DNA from: Candidatus Acidiferrales bacterium
GTDB taxonomy: Bacteria; Acidobacteriota; Terriglobia; Acidiferrales; UBA7541
Assembly (NCBI GenBank): GCA_050747005.1
Contig: JBOGNE010000027.1
Location: 7,847 to 47,846, forward strand
Length of the DNA stretch: 40,000 bases
Direction of reading: 5' to 3'
A program made the translations under genes and the position numbers. The notes beneath the pieces were generated by a model. That model did not search any database, had not been told where the DNA came from, and saw nothing but the letters and a program-made list of their open reading frames with translations. Positions 25,401 through 34,730 of this stretch are shown one piece after another (the first letter of the stretch is position 1; every line of letters begins with the position of its first letter).

Positions 25401-25826
25401 CCGGAACAGATTTTGAATAAATCAGGCCCCCTCGACGCCACGGAATGGGAAACGATGAAGACGCATACGGATCTGGGCGCTAAGCTCCTCGAGCCGCTCG
25501 AGGCCATGAAAAAAATCCGGCTCATGGTGCGCCACCACCACGAATTTTATGACGGCACGGGATATCCCGAGCGGCTGGAAGGAGATAAAATTCCCTATGG
25601 CGCTCGGGTGATCGCCATTGCTGACGCGTACGATACGATCACTTCCGAGCGGACCTACAAGAAAGCGCGCACCCCGGAAGATGCGTTTGCCGAACTCGAG
25701 CGCTGTGCATCCAGCCAATTCGATCCGGAAATCGTCCGCGCATTCATCGATACGATGCGGCGCACGCCGAGGCCGCTTCCGAAAGAACCGGTGGCGGCTG
25801 CGGATCGCCTCAATACCCACCTCTAG
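22416..25826 (+). CDS. Membrane-anchored multi-GAF / GGDEF / HD-GYP c-di-GMP signalling protein
   Basis: The N-terminal ~200 aa are hydrophobic and multi-pass, followed by repeated GAF-like regions. The GGDEF domain has an intact RYGGDEF (nt 24786-24800) and an RRSD I-site five residues upstream (24759-24770). The C-terminal HD-GYP domain carries HDVGKVGIP and HHHEFYDGTGYP. Confidence 0.85.
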   Translation: MQVQTSGVVLIAAALLLAIFFAFVYRQKRQTYLLVWALSWGLIALHFIGPAYAETGHAPAWTGTLTEWILAIAALSFYCSARLYSQLSLQLRGVVAGATVAAVWALAYSRGWVAAPLGLGVALLFLLIARTFWEEGRKQQTRGDILLALTFAAWGVLRATTVFQSRIGWLAGKNLIPLAMLPLLFAGVLMVTAVYEEERRRVERNMLALSNLNLATSSFVGGEIQKMLAQALDRVLNVVRIPAGALILHYGEATGPTSVVVTGLNEGICPAIQENDLDNYIVNLVARLGGLVVLRDLESDSNYEALEKEAEFGRARKLFLEQGLRTVVGISLQAKDRVLGALLLGSPDNRNFTPAELRLLLALGHQIGMAVENSYLVQQTARRSEELHILNEIGRALSSTLETDSLFDRIYSEMRRLLDVSSFFIAFYDRKTEEVRFDMEIIEGERQPKHTRPSGNRVIEYIMRTRQPILVRDHFAEEMQRLGIQPGRHAGSFCGVPLVLYDRAIGVMAVHSQHERAFDEGHVELLRVLASEAGIAIENARLFAEEQKKSRQLMLLNNISGHAITTLNPDEMLTKIAGEIENALSYDHIGIAILDYSAKELMIQAEAGSRRDAVGRRIVLGEGLVGHVARSGQMEIVRDVTPLSPQPVLAGSVCAIALPVTYAEQLMGVLYVESSEPCEFGEQEVLLLRTLADLFAGALHNALTFQKAQEQAITDGLTGVKTHRFLMEALSSEWKRSTRANRSFALVLMDLDRFKFVNDYYGHLEGDVVLQRVGHILEQNCRRSDVVARYGGDEFVILMPETTVEQAYQLACKLRGWVASDPLLRDKNITASFGIAGFPVHGSTPQELIQVADSSMYLSKHQGGNAVSSAEHYDPSETKEWKKDVLEAYLGVTLKRLFATGPEAFEEVYRRLEQFTRSLSEGGQGDSPDMLPPAVVETVTSLALAIDAKDHYTQGHSQKVSAYAALIAQSLGLKTAEVEEIRLAALLHDVGKVGIPEQILNKSGPLDATEWETMKTHTDLGAKLLEPLEAMKKIRLMVRHHHEFYDGTGYPERLEGDKIPYGARVIAIADAYDTITSERTYKKARTPEDAFAELERCASSQFDPEIVRAFIDTMRRTPRPLPKEPVAAADRLNTHL

Positions 25827-25886
25827 ACGGTTCGCTCGAAAGCCAGGAGCGTACCGTAGTTCTCGTTATTCAAAGGAATAGCCGTC

Positions 25887-26300
25887 ATGCAAACAGCAAC
25901 GATACGCTGGAAGGGTGGCGAGGAATTCATGGCCACGATGCCATCTGGACACGCGGTTCCGTTTGATGCCGATCGCAAACACAATTCCGCGCCTGGGCCA
26001 ATGGAGATGCTGCTTGCAGCCCTGGGCGCATGCACGTCGGTAGACGTCGTTCTGATTCTTGCCAAGAAACGCCAGAAGCTCGATTCGCTCGAAGTGTCGG
26101 TTTCCGGCGAGCGCGCCGAAGCGCCGCCGGCGGTGTGGACGAAAATCGAAATTAACTACCGCCTGGGCGGAGAACTCGAAGACAAGGCGGTCCGGGACGC
26201 GATCGAGCTGAGCCAGACCAAGTACTGCTCGGTCGCTGCGATGCTCGGAAAGACCGCCGCCATTAGTTACCGGTACGAAATCCTCCCGGGTAATTCTTAG
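25887..26300 (+). CDS. OsmC-family peroxiredoxin-like protein
   Basis: 137 aa with an OsmC pattern: PMEMLLAALGACTSVDVVLIL and the C-terminal SQTKYCSVAAML (two conserved Cys). Confidence 0.8.
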   Translation: MQTATIRWKGGEEFMATMPSGHAVPFDADRKHNSAPGPMEMLLAALGACTSVDVVLILAKKRQKLDSLEVSVSGERAEAPPAVWTKIEINYRLGGELEDKAVRDAIELSQTKYCSVAAMLGKTAAISYRYEILPGNS

Positions 26301-26405
26301 CGTTCCGTTCGCGCTGCCACCCTCAGACGGCGGCCCACGTGCGCCGTGTGTTTCGCTTGTCACCTGCCGACGCGATTGCATACAATCTCAAACTATTCCC
26401 GAACA

Positions 26406-27413
26406 ATGGAGAAATTCATGGGGCATCGCATCGCTGCGAAGATTACGGGAGTCGCTGGATACGTTCCGCCGCGCACGGTCACGAATCTCGACATCGAGAA
26501 ACTCGTGGATACCAACGACGAATGGATCCGCACGCGCACCGGCATCCGCGAACGCCATTATGCGGAGCGCGGTGTTGCCGCATCGCATCTGGGAACGGAG
26601 GCCGCCAGAAAACTGCTCGAAAGCAAAGGCGTGAGTCCCGAAGAAATTGACATGATCGTGGTGGCAACGGTCACGCCGGACATGTTTTTTCCTGCGACTG
26701 CCTGTCTGATACAGGACCGTCTGGGCGCGAAGAAAGCTTGGGGATTTGACTTGTCCGCGGCATGTTCGGGATTTGCTTACGCGTTGACTGTGGGCGCGCA
26801 GTTCGTCGGCGCCGGAACCCACAAAAGGGTACTCGCGATTGGCACGGACGTGATGACTTCGATCCTCGATTTCAAGGACCGCGCCACGTGCGTGCTGTTC
26901 GGCGACGGTGCGGGCGCGGTGTTGCTCGAGCCGGCGTCGGATGCGGAGGGCATCATCGATTTCGCGCATGACGTGGACGGCTCCGGCGGATGCAATTTGT
27001 ACATGCCGGCCGGCGGTTCTCTAAATCCGGCATCGCAGGAAACGGTCGAGAAGCGCATGCATTACGTCCATCAGGAAGGCGCCCAGGTGTTCAAATACGC
27101 GGTGCGCAGGATGAGCGAGCTTGCCGTGGAATTGCTCGAACGCAACGGATTCACGAGCCGCGATTTGGCGCTCGTGGTGCCGCATCAGGCCAATCTTCGC
27201 ATTATCCGGGCAATGCAGGAACGGTTGGGCGTGGACGATTCGAAAGTGATGGTCAACATCGACCGCTTTGGAAACACCACTGCTGCGACGATCCCCTTGG
27301 GGCTAATGGATGCGGTCAACGAGAAGCGCCTGCGCAAGGGCGATTTGGTGCTGCTGATCGCCGTCGGCGCGGGATACACCACTGGAGCGGTCTTGATGCG
27401 CTGGGCCTACTGA
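26406..27413 (+). CDS. fabH: Beta-ketoacyl-ACP synthase III
   Basis: Motifs: active-site [18 protein letters not shown] and [10 protein letters not shown]. The ATG at 26406 ([15 protein letters not shown]) is preferred over the track start at 26346. Confidence 0.85.
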   Translation: MEKFMGHRIAAKITGVAGYVPPRTVTNLDIEKLVDTNDEWIRTRTGIRERHYAERGVAASHLGTEAARKLLESKGVSPEEIDMIVVATVTPDMFFPATACLIQDRLGAKKAWGFDLSAACSGFAYALTVGAQFVGAGTHKRVLAIGTDVMTSILDFKDRATCVLFGDGAGAVLLEPASDAEGIIDFAHDVDGSGGCNLYMPAGGSLNPASQETVEKRMHYVHQEGAQVFKYAVRRMSELAVELLERNGFTSRDLALVVPHQANLRIIRAMQERLGVDDSKVMVNIDRFGNTTAATIPLGLMDAVNEKRLRKGDLVLLIAVGAGYTTGAVLMRWAY

Positions 27414-27589
27414 ATGTAAGAGGCGGTGGGGAATGAGCTAACTGACCGAGAGATGGAAGACACCTCGCTCGGCGACGCGCCGACTCAGATGTTCGTAGGG
27501 ACGTTGCTCGCTCCGCGCTGGTGAGGGTTCTCGCGCGAAACAAAGGGCCAGCTAATCGAAGGCGGCCCTGGTGTTCCAAGCTCGACCAG

Positions 27590-29953
27590 CTAGTTTCCGA
27601 AGACGATCACCACTGGATTGGGATCTCCCGGCGTCGTCGTGACCATGACGAACTTTGTAGGCGACACCGTGTAGAAGAAACCATTGAGATTTGTTGGAGC
27701 CGACTGCGTGTAATCCCCGCTGCCAATCGAGGTGTCCAGATTCGATAGTGTCCCAGTAATCGCTTGTCCCGAGGTGTTCCCGGCAGACGTGCTCGTGTCC
27801 TGTGTTCCAGTTACAGCTGTTCCCGTCACCGTAAAAAAGCCGGAGTAATCGGGCGTCGTCAAAGTTCCGGAAGGCAGGGTCCCTTCCACAAAAGTTGCTG
27901 AAGCTGGCAGCGTTGTGGAGCTTTGCGGATCGAACTCCCCCAGAAGCGCGCTTGCATTTCCCGAACTATTTGTACTGGTTGTCACAAAAAACGCTTGGTT
28001 CGCGTTGATGATGTACATTACGAAATTGAAAATGCCGGTCCCTCCAGAGAACTGCACCCGGCCAACCTGATCAATCGCGAACGTCCCGGTATTGTTGGCG
28101 TTGGTCAAGACGGTGCCATTTTCATTTTCCGTATCGGTCAGACTGAAGTTGTTATTCCCTGGAAAAGAAATTTGCGCCACCAAAACATCGGGGACAAAAC
28201 TTCCATTGCTTGAAGTGAATACCTGACCGGTGAGCGCGGCGACGCTATTGGCATTGAGCGCGCTTGCCCCGGCAAAGGGCGCTCCGAATTGCTGAAGCAG
28301 CTTGCCGGACAGAAGCGTCGGAGTCGCGGCGTTGATGGCATCAGTCTCGACTAGAAAGAATTCCGACGCGGACACAGGATAGACGCTTAGGTTCATGGAT
28401 CCCGTTGTTAGAGCCATTGTAGATAAAGTACAGGACGCTGGACTAGAGCCCGGCGCAATCGAGCCGGAAAAGCCGAATCCCAGCACCGAGCTTGGCGTCC
28501 CCGCCAAATTTGCGTCGACTTCGCCAGTCGAGAAGTGCCCTCCTCCATCCGCGAGGAAACTTCCGGCGAGTGCCACCGGGCCGGGAGATAGGCCGCTTAC
28601 GGCGCTTATAAAACCGGACATGCCCAGCGCGTACGTTGTGTTCAACGTAGTCGTAGAACATGTCGTCAGGCTTTGCTTTTCGATTTCACCGGAGCCTCGC
28701 GTGCTTGTGCTATCGAATTCGATCAGACGGCCATGGGAAACGGTTGAGTCCATCGAAAATGCGTAGACGGTCGCGCCCTGCGTCAAGCCGTTGAAGGTGA
28801 GACTGCCGCGATTGTCCGCGCCCAATATGTAGCTGCCAGTAAAGCTCTGGGCGAGAAAGCGGCTGCCGCCGACCGTATTGAAGTCCTCCACTCCATTCGT
28901 GATGTGACCCTGGCCGTCGGCGGTGAAGCTACCGGCAGCCACGACAAGGCCGTTGGAATCGTTCCCGCTGAACTCAAATGCGAAATTGCCTTGCAGCGGC
29001 GTAGACGCGGAAACCGTAATGCTCAGGCTTGCCGTCTTGGTGTTGTGCGTCGGACTTGCGGAGTCGGTGACTTGAACCGTGAAGTTCGACGTGCCGGCCG
29101 TTGTGGGCGTTCCGCTGATCGTGCCATTCGTTGCCAGGCTCAGTCCCGGCGGAAGAGTGCCGGTCGTGATGCTCCATGTGTAAGGCTGAATGCCGCCGGT
29201 TGCCTGCAAAGTAGTTGCCGGGTAGGCGGTGTTGATCGTGCCGTTCGGCAGCGCCGTCGTGGTAATTTGCAGCGGCAATGCCTGGTTGATCGCGATGCTC
29301 AGAGATGGCGAGACACCCGAAAGGCCGCCGCCGTCGGTCACGCGAAGTGTAAACGTCGAAGTTCCCAGCGCCGTGGGGGTTCCGCTGATCGTGACCGAAT
29401 TCCCGCTGCTCGCGGTCAGGTTTAGACCGGCCGGAAGCGAACCAGATGCGACAGAAAAAACGTAGGGAGGGATGCCGCCCTTGGCGCTCACAGTAGCGGT
29501 GTATGCAGACCCCTGATTGCCCGAAGGCAGGCTAGTCGCTGGAATCGCAGGCGGCGGTTCCACGGTGATTGTCAGCGAGGATGAGCGATTCGGGCTGTGC
29601 CCCGACGCAGCCGTGATGGTTACGGTTGTGGCGCTCGTGACGCTAACGGGAGCCGCATACGTCGCTGAAGTCGTGGTTGTATTCATCAGCACACCGGCAC
29701 CCGTTGCAGGCGAAATTGACCAACTAACTCCGGAATTCGTCGTGTCTGCTGGAGCGGTAGCGGCAAGATTCAGCGTTTGGCCTTGGTCGATTGTCTGAGG
29801 AGTGCTGGGTGTCAAGAACACGCGAATCGGGGGTGCGCCGGCGCAGCCCAAGAGGCCGAGCGAGATCGCGGAAAAACACAGCACGACCCAAAAGGGGCCC
29901 TTTCGCGTAACCATCGTTGTGCTCCTCTGTCCGTTGAAGTGGGGCTGTTTCAT
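27590..29953 (-). CDS. Large secreted/lipoprotein with bacterial Ig-like repeats (putative adhesin or surface protein)
   Basis: Lipobox-like N-terminus (FWVVLCFSAISLGLLGCAG). There is one Big2-like segment and two tandem putative Ig-domain repeats (LPSGNQGSAYTATVSAKGGIPPYVFSVASGSLPAGL... and LPNGTINTAYPATTLQATGGIQPYTWSITTGTLPPGL...). The Thr/Ser/Gly-rich C-terminal ~480 aa are unassigned. The start could be 29953 or 29914. Confidence 0.6.
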   Translation of the reverse strand: MKQPHFNGQRSTTMVTRKGPFWVVLCFSAISLGLLGCAGAPPIRVFLTPSTPQTIDQGQTLNLAATAPADTTNSGVSWSISPATGAGVLMNTTTTSATYAAPVSVTSATTVTITAASGHSPNRSSSLTITVEPPPAIPATSLPSGNQGSAYTATVSAKGGIPPYVFSVASGSLPAGLNLTASSGNSVTISGTPTALGTSTFTLRVTDGGGLSGVSPSLSIAINQALPLQITTTALPNGTINTAYPATTLQATGGIQPYTWSITTGTLPPGLSLATNGTISGTPTTAGTSNFTVQVTDSASPTHNTKTASLSITVSASTPLQGNFAFEFSGNDSNGLVVAAGSFTADGQGHITNGVEDFNTVGGSRFLAQSFTGSYILGADNRGSLTFNGLTQGATVYAFSMDSTVSHGRLIEFDSTSTRGSGEIEKQSLTTCSTTTLNTTYALGMSGFISAVSGLSPGPVALAGSFLADGGGHFSTGEVDANLAGTPSSVLGFGFSGSIAPGSSPASCTLSTMALTTGSMNLSVYPVSASEFFLVETDAINAATPTLLSGKLLQQFGAPFAGASALNANSVAALTGQVFTSSNGSFVPDVLVAQISFPGNNNFSLTDTENENGTVLTNANNTGTFAIDQVGRVQFSGGTGIFNFVMYIINANQAFFVTTSTNSSGNASALLGEFDPQSSTTLPASATFVEGTLPSGTLTTPDYSGFFTVTGTAVTGTQDTSTSAGNTSGQAITGTLSNLDTSIGSGDYTQSAPTNLNGFFYTVSPTKFVMVTTTPGDPNPVVIVFGN

Positions 29954-30095
29954 GACAGCGAGCGCTGAAACCGCCTCGGCCCACCCCGATTCGCGCAGCC
30001 TTGGATAATCGAATAATATCAGTAGTTCTAGGACCCAGTTCACAAGGGTTGAATGGAAGGAGTCTGAAGAATCAACAGGGGCAGGGATCGAATCG

Positions 30096-30503
30096 CTAGT
30101 ACGAGCGGGCCTGGGTGGCCAGCGTTTGGTTTCGTTCTAGACGCTGCACCATCACGACGGCCGCATATCGCGTGCACAGGGCCATTTCGCGGCCTGCCCA
30201 TGCCGGCACCGAAGGGAACATCATATCGCCCGCGACGCCCAACATCCTCACTAACCGGTAATAAAGAGAGACAGCTCTCAAACCGGACCCGCCGCCCAGT
30301 TCAGGGCACAATTTCTGATAGCCCATAACTTCCGGGAAGTCTTGTGATTCCAATAATATCTGGGCGACCGGGTTGCTTTGAACATCCAAACTGAAGCTGT
30401 GCTCCAGGGCAGCCCCACGCAATAAGCCAGCGCGCCAACTCCACACGCCGAATTGAAGCAGAGCGGCAACCGCCATCACGAAGATAAAAGCTGCGATTAG
30501 CAT
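30096..30503 (-). CDS. Hypothetical small membrane protein
   Basis: 135-aa ORF with one N-terminal hydrophobic helix (MLIAAFIFVMAVAALLQFGVW). No family recognised. Confidence 0.35.
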   Translation of the reverse strand: MLIAAFIFVMAVAALLQFGVWSWRAGLLRGAALEHSFSLDVQSNPVAQILLESQDFPEVMGYQKLCPELGGGSGLRAVSLYYRLVRMLGVAGDMMFPSVPAWAGREMALCTRYAAVVMVQRLERNQTLATQARSY

Positions 30504-30692
30504 TGTCCTTGACCGACCGTAGTTTGCCGCCGAGGGCTGCGGGAGACAATAGAACTAGCGTACCCCTACCAGCAGGACGAGCAGATGGGTTACGCCGGTG
30601 CCTCGGCGATATGAATATAATTGCAGCCCGAACGAAATCCCCGAAATTCTGGCGCTGGCGTTGTAGAGTCAACCTATGGAGGCGACAAACTG

Positions 30693-31199
30693 ATGAGCTG
30701 CAAACACGCGAGACCAATTCTTTGGGGGTTTGTTGTGATTCTTCTCTCCATCACCACTGGGCCTCTCATCGCAATCTCAGAGCCAACACCCGTTGTGGCT
30801 CAGTCCGCGGAAGCAAGTATCCGCCAAGTGCTTCAGGATCAGACTGCCGCTTGGAATCGCGGGGATATCGATGGATTCATGAGTGGATACTGGGAATCCA
30901 GCCAAACGGAATTTGTCAGCGCCGATGGGGTTTCGCACGGATGGCAAACCCTGCTGGATCGTTACCGGAAACATTACCCCGACCGAAAAGCCATGGGCCG
31001 CCTCACGTTTTCAAACCTGGAGATACACGTCGTCTGCGAGGACGCCGCTTTCGCGACCGGGCAATACCAGCTTGAACGCGAAAACGATAGGCCATCCGGA
31101 GACTTTACTCTGAATTTCCAGAGATTTCCTGAAGGCTGGAAGATTGTCGCGGACCACACGACCGCTTTTCCATCAGACCGGCTCGTAACTATTCACTAA
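30693..31199 (+). CDS. SnoaL-like / DUF4440 (NTF2-fold) protein, secreted
   Basis: The ATG at 30693 gives a signal-like N-terminus ([31 protein letters not shown]). The core is [25 protein letters not shown]...GWKIVADHT, typical of DUF4440/SnoaL-like proteins. Confidence 0.6.
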   Translation: MSCKHARPILWGFVVILLSITTGPLIAISEPTPVVAQSAEASIRQVLQDQTAAWNRGDIDGFMSGYWESSQTEFVSADGVSHGWQTLLDRYRKHYPDRKAMGRLTFSNLEIHVVCEDAAFATGQYQLERENDRPSGDFTLNFQRFPEGWKIVADHTTAFPSDRLVTIH

Positions 31200-31326
31200 G
31201 CGCATTGGAAAATCCGCCATTTTCCGCGATCGCGATCTTCCAAGCGCGGCCCTTCTCCGCCGTCTTTTTTTCAGACATAATGCTGGCTGCGGCGTTCGTG
31301 CGAATCAGGGCGCAAGGAGCATTCAT

Positions 31327-32277
31327 TTGCGAGCGGTAATTACCGGCGGTGCTGGATTTCTCGGCTCACATCTCTGCGACCTGATGATTGAGAACGGATG
31401 GGACGTTTTGTGCCTCGATAATCTCGCCACAGGTTCGGAGGACAATATCGCTCACCTTCGCGAGAATCCCCGGTTCGAATTCAAGCGTCACGATGTAACA
31501 AAACACATCGATGTTCCTGGCGCGGTGGATGCTGTATTCCATTTTGCCTCGCCCGCAAGTCCGCCGGACTATTTACGGCTGCCCATACAGACGCTCAAGG
31601 TGGGTTCGTTGGGAACTCACAACTGCCTCGGCCTCGCGCTCGCGAAGAAAGCAAAGTTTCTCATGGCGTCGACCTCCGAATGCTATGGCGATCCGGACGT
31701 CAGCCCGCAGCCGGAAAGCTACTGGGGCCACGTAAATCAGGTGGGGCCGCGTGGCGTGTACGACGAAGCCAAGCGTTTCTCCGAAGCCTTGACGATGGCC
31801 TATCACCGCTACCACGGCCTCGATACGCGCATCGTGCGCATATTCAACACCTACGGCCCCCGCATGCGCTTAAACGACGGCCGCGCGCTGCCGAATTTCC
31901 TGTACCAGGCGCTTGCCGGAGAGCCAATCACCGTGTATGGCGATGGCAGCCAGACCAGAAGCTTTTGTTACGTCTCGGATTTGCTCGCGGGCATCTATCG
32001 CTTATTTGAATCGAACGAGCACGATCCGGTGAACGTCGGAAATCCTCATGAAATTACGATTCGTGAATTCGCCGAACGGGTACGCGCTCTGGTCGGCGCG
32101 AATGTTCCAATCGTGCTTCATCCTTTGCCGCAGGACGATCCCAAACAACGCTGCCCCGATATCGGCAAGGCGAAGCGCATCCTGCATTGGGAACCGAAGG
32201 TACAGCTCGAGGAAGGCTTACGCCGTACGTATGATTACTTCCGCAAAAAGCTTGCTGAAACGAACCAGCCGCGATAG
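31327..32277 (+). CDS. UDP-glucuronate decarboxylase (UDP-xylose synthase) family SDR
   Basis: TTG start. Rossmann motif [23 protein letters not shown], catalytic YDEAKR, and high overall resemblance to UXS-type extended SDRs. Confidence 0.8.
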   Translation: MRAVITGGAGFLGSHLCDLMIENGWDVLCLDNLATGSEDNIAHLRENPRFEFKRHDVTKHIDVPGAVDAVFHFASPASPPDYLRLPIQTLKVGSLGTHNCLGLALAKKAKFLMASTSECYGDPDVSPQPESYWGHVNQVGPRGVYDEAKRFSEALTMAYHRYHGLDTRIVRIFNTYGPRMRLNDGRALPNFLYQALAGEPITVYGDGSQTRSFCYVSDLLAGIYRLFESNEHDPVNVGNPHEITIREFAERVRALVGANVPIVLHPLPQDDPKQRCPDIGKAKRILHWEPKVQLEEGLRRTYDYFRKKLAETNQPR

Positions 32278-32353
32278 TGGATTGGGAAGAACGCTGACAG
32301 CTAAAGTTCACAGCGGCCGTTCCTCGGTTGTCGTGCCCTGCAATTCATCCCGA

Positions 32354-33706
32354 TCAATCTGGACGGCCAACCGAATAATACTCGAACCCATACGCTTTCA
32401 TTTCACGCGGAGAAAGCAGGTTGCGGCCATCGAGAATCAGCGGCCTGGCCATTGATTCCCGGACGCGGTCCCAATCGAGATGCCGGAACTGATCCCATTC
32501 CGTGGCGATCACTAATGCCTCGGCATCGGCTGCCGCGTCGTAGGCGGATTCGGCATACCCAAGATGCGGGAACGACGCGCGCGCACGTTCCATTGCTTCG
32601 GGATCGTAAGCGCGAACGTGAGCTCCTTCCGTCAGCAGGGCGGAAATCAAATCGATTGCCGGCGCGAATCGAATGTCGTCCGTATTCGGCTTAAAGGCCA
32701 GTCCTAACACGCCGATCTGCTTGTCCTTCACCACCCAGAGCGCTCGCTTGATTTTCTCCACAAAGCGATGAATGCGCGCGTGGTTCACTTTTTCTGCTTC
32801 CTTCAACATCGAGAAATCCACGCCGGAGCGCTCTGCGAGATGTACGAACGCCTGCAAGTCTTTCGGCAGGCAGAAGCCTCCAAATCCGATTCCCGCGCGA
32901 AAAAAACTCTTGCCGATCCGAGGGTCCGTTCCCACTGCGTGCAACACCTCGTCCACATTTGCTCCGAGACGCTCCGAGAGGTCCGAGACCATGTTGGCGT
33001 AGGAGATTTTGAGCGCCAGAAATGAGTTCGAAGCGTGCTTGATCAGCTCGGCGCTGTTGATGGTGGTCACCAGCCATTCGGGCCGACGCCCATCCGGGCA
33101 TTTCCCAGCGTGCGCGACGCAATGAAATTTGCGCTCCAGGACCGGCCGGTAAATCTCGTGGAGTTGGCGCTCGGACGCTTCATCCTCAACACCAACCACG
33201 ATCCTGTCGGGGTGAAGGAAATCTTCGACGGCTGTTCCTTCGCGAAGGAATTCAGGGTTCGACGCAACGCGGAAGGATAAATTGCTCTTGCGGCCGTAGA
33301 CGGAAAGCGCGCGTTGCAGCTCCTGTCCCGTTTGCGCCGGCACGGTGCTCTTTTCGATCACGAGCTTGGGTGAGCGAGCTTCGATGGCGATGGTGCGCGC
33401 CACCCGATCAATCGCGCTCAAGTCCGCGTCGCCGTTGGGAAGAGGCGGCGTGCCAACGCAAATAAAAATTGCGTCTCCCGCCGCAACGGCGCCCGCGGGA
33501 TTGGCCGTAAAAGTCAGACGGCCCTCTTTGCGTGCGGTCGCAACCACGGAATCCAGGCCCGGCTCGTAGATGGGCAGCCGCCCTGCTTCAAGAGTCTTGA
33601 TTTTTGCCGCGTCGCTATCCGTGCAAATTACTTCGTGGCCGATTGCAGCCAGACATCCGCCGGTCACCAGGCCGACGTAGCCAGCCCCTATCACGGAAAT
33701 TTTCAA
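32354..33706 (-). CDS. ugd: UDP-glucose 6-dehydrogenase
   Basis: MKISVIGAGYVGLVTGGCLA NAD-binding N-terminus, catalytic GFGGFCLPKD, and C-terminal UDP-binding domain. Confidence 0.9.
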   Translation of the reverse strand: MKISVIGAGYVGLVTGGCLAAIGHEVICTDSDAAKIKTLEAGRLPIYEPGLDSVVATARKEGRLTFTANPAGAVAAGDAIFICVGTPPLPNGDADLSAIDRVARTIAIEARSPKLVIEKSTVPAQTGQELQRALSVYGRKSNLSFRVASNPEFLREGTAVEDFLHPDRIVVGVEDEASERQLHEIYRPVLERKFHCVAHAGKCPDGRRPEWLVTTINSAELIKHASNSFLALKISYANMVSDLSERLGANVDEVLHAVGTDPRIGKSFFRAGIGFGGFCLPKDLQAFVHLAERSGVDFSMLKEAEKVNHARIHRFVEKIKRALWVVKDKQIGVLGLAFKPNTDDIRFAPAIDLISALLTEGAHVRAYDPEAMERARASFPHLGYAESAYDAAADAEALVIATEWDQFRHLDWDRVRESMARPLILDGRNLLSPREMKAYGFEYYSVGRPD

Positions 33707-34049
33707 CGGAAATCTCCCGGATCGCTAACTTATGAAGAACGCTTAACGTACATTCTATTTTCGTATAGCTGGCGAAATCCGCCAAGCCAAATCACAAATC
33801 CCAAATGTTCCGATTGCATGCGCGCTAGGGCGATTTAGTAGTAGAATCCGCTCGACCCCGCGCGACATCCGGATAGCGCACGTATGGAAATTCTCTTGCC
33901 AGCAATGGGAATCTCCGTCATTGTTGTTCTTGTTTTTGCAGTTTTGGCCAGGCATTGGCAGCAGGTATTGCGGAAACAATCCTGGACGATCCGGCGGCTT
34001 GCGGACCGGCCCACATGGCTGAGCAACGCCGAGGGCTAGCTCCGGAGTG

Positions 34050-34730
34050 TCATTCAGACTCCCCGGAATGCGGCCGCACTGGCAGTCCAGCCGAGACGTT
34101 CAGCAGGCCTAAGTATTCTCGCACCACGGCAAGGGCGTCTCGCGTGTTGCGCCACCAATGGAACGCATCGAACGGATCTTCCGACGCTGCCCGAACGATC
34201 GCCATTGAATTTTTCAAGCCGAGCTTTCTCCACAGCGCTCGGACTCGCCGCGTGTGCTCCGGCGAAGTGACGATGATGATTCGTCTCTTGCCTGTGATCC
34301 TCATTTCGTTCGACGCCGCTTCCATTTCCTGTTCGGTGTCGACGATTTCATCCGGCAGAATGCGTATCGCTGATTCGGGAACTCCTTCATGGATCAAAAC
34401 TTCGCGGTTGTACTCTTCTTCGCCGATGTAGCGTATTCCGAGTTGCTGAAAGTTCTCGGCGGGGCCCAGCGGGCGGCTGACCCAGACTTCCGGCGCATAC
34501 CCCCGGCGATAAATTTTGGCCGCCTCCTCAGCGCGATATGGCATGCTTCCGCTCAAGACGAAAATTACATCCGCAGGCGCGAGAGTATCTTCTCTCACCA
34601 GCCACACGCCGGCCTCCCGGAAGGCTGAGACCAAACAGAGAACAGCCAGCGCAAAAAGCAGCATCGCAACGGCGACGCGCCGGCGTCGGAAAGTTTTGCT
34701 TCTCGCGCGCAGATCATCCGATGTTTTCAT
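34050..34730 (-). CDS. DUF218 (YdcF/ElyC-like) membrane-anchored protein
   Basis: N-terminal TM helix and a DUF218-like core (ADVIFVLSG...IIIVTSPEHTRR). Its start overlaps the upstream stop codon (TAATG). Confidence 0.7.
   Translation of the reverse strand: MKTSDDLRARSKTFRRRRVAVAMLLFALAVLCLVSAFREAGVWLVREDTLAPADVIFVLSGSMPYRAEEAAKIYRRGYAPEVWVSRPLGPAENFQQLGIRYIGEEEYNREVLIHEGVPESAIRILPDEIVDTEQEMEAASNEMRITGKRRIIIVTSPEHTRRVRALWRKLGLKNSMAIVRAASEDPFDAFHWWRNTRDALAVVREYLGLLNVSAGLPVRPHSGESE

Noticed and set aside
27414-27589. Rho-independent terminator between convergent fabH and the Ig-repeat gene
   Set aside because: Only short imperfect stems were seen (for example gggcc...ggccc) and there is no following T-tract. 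This is not convincing enough to annotate.
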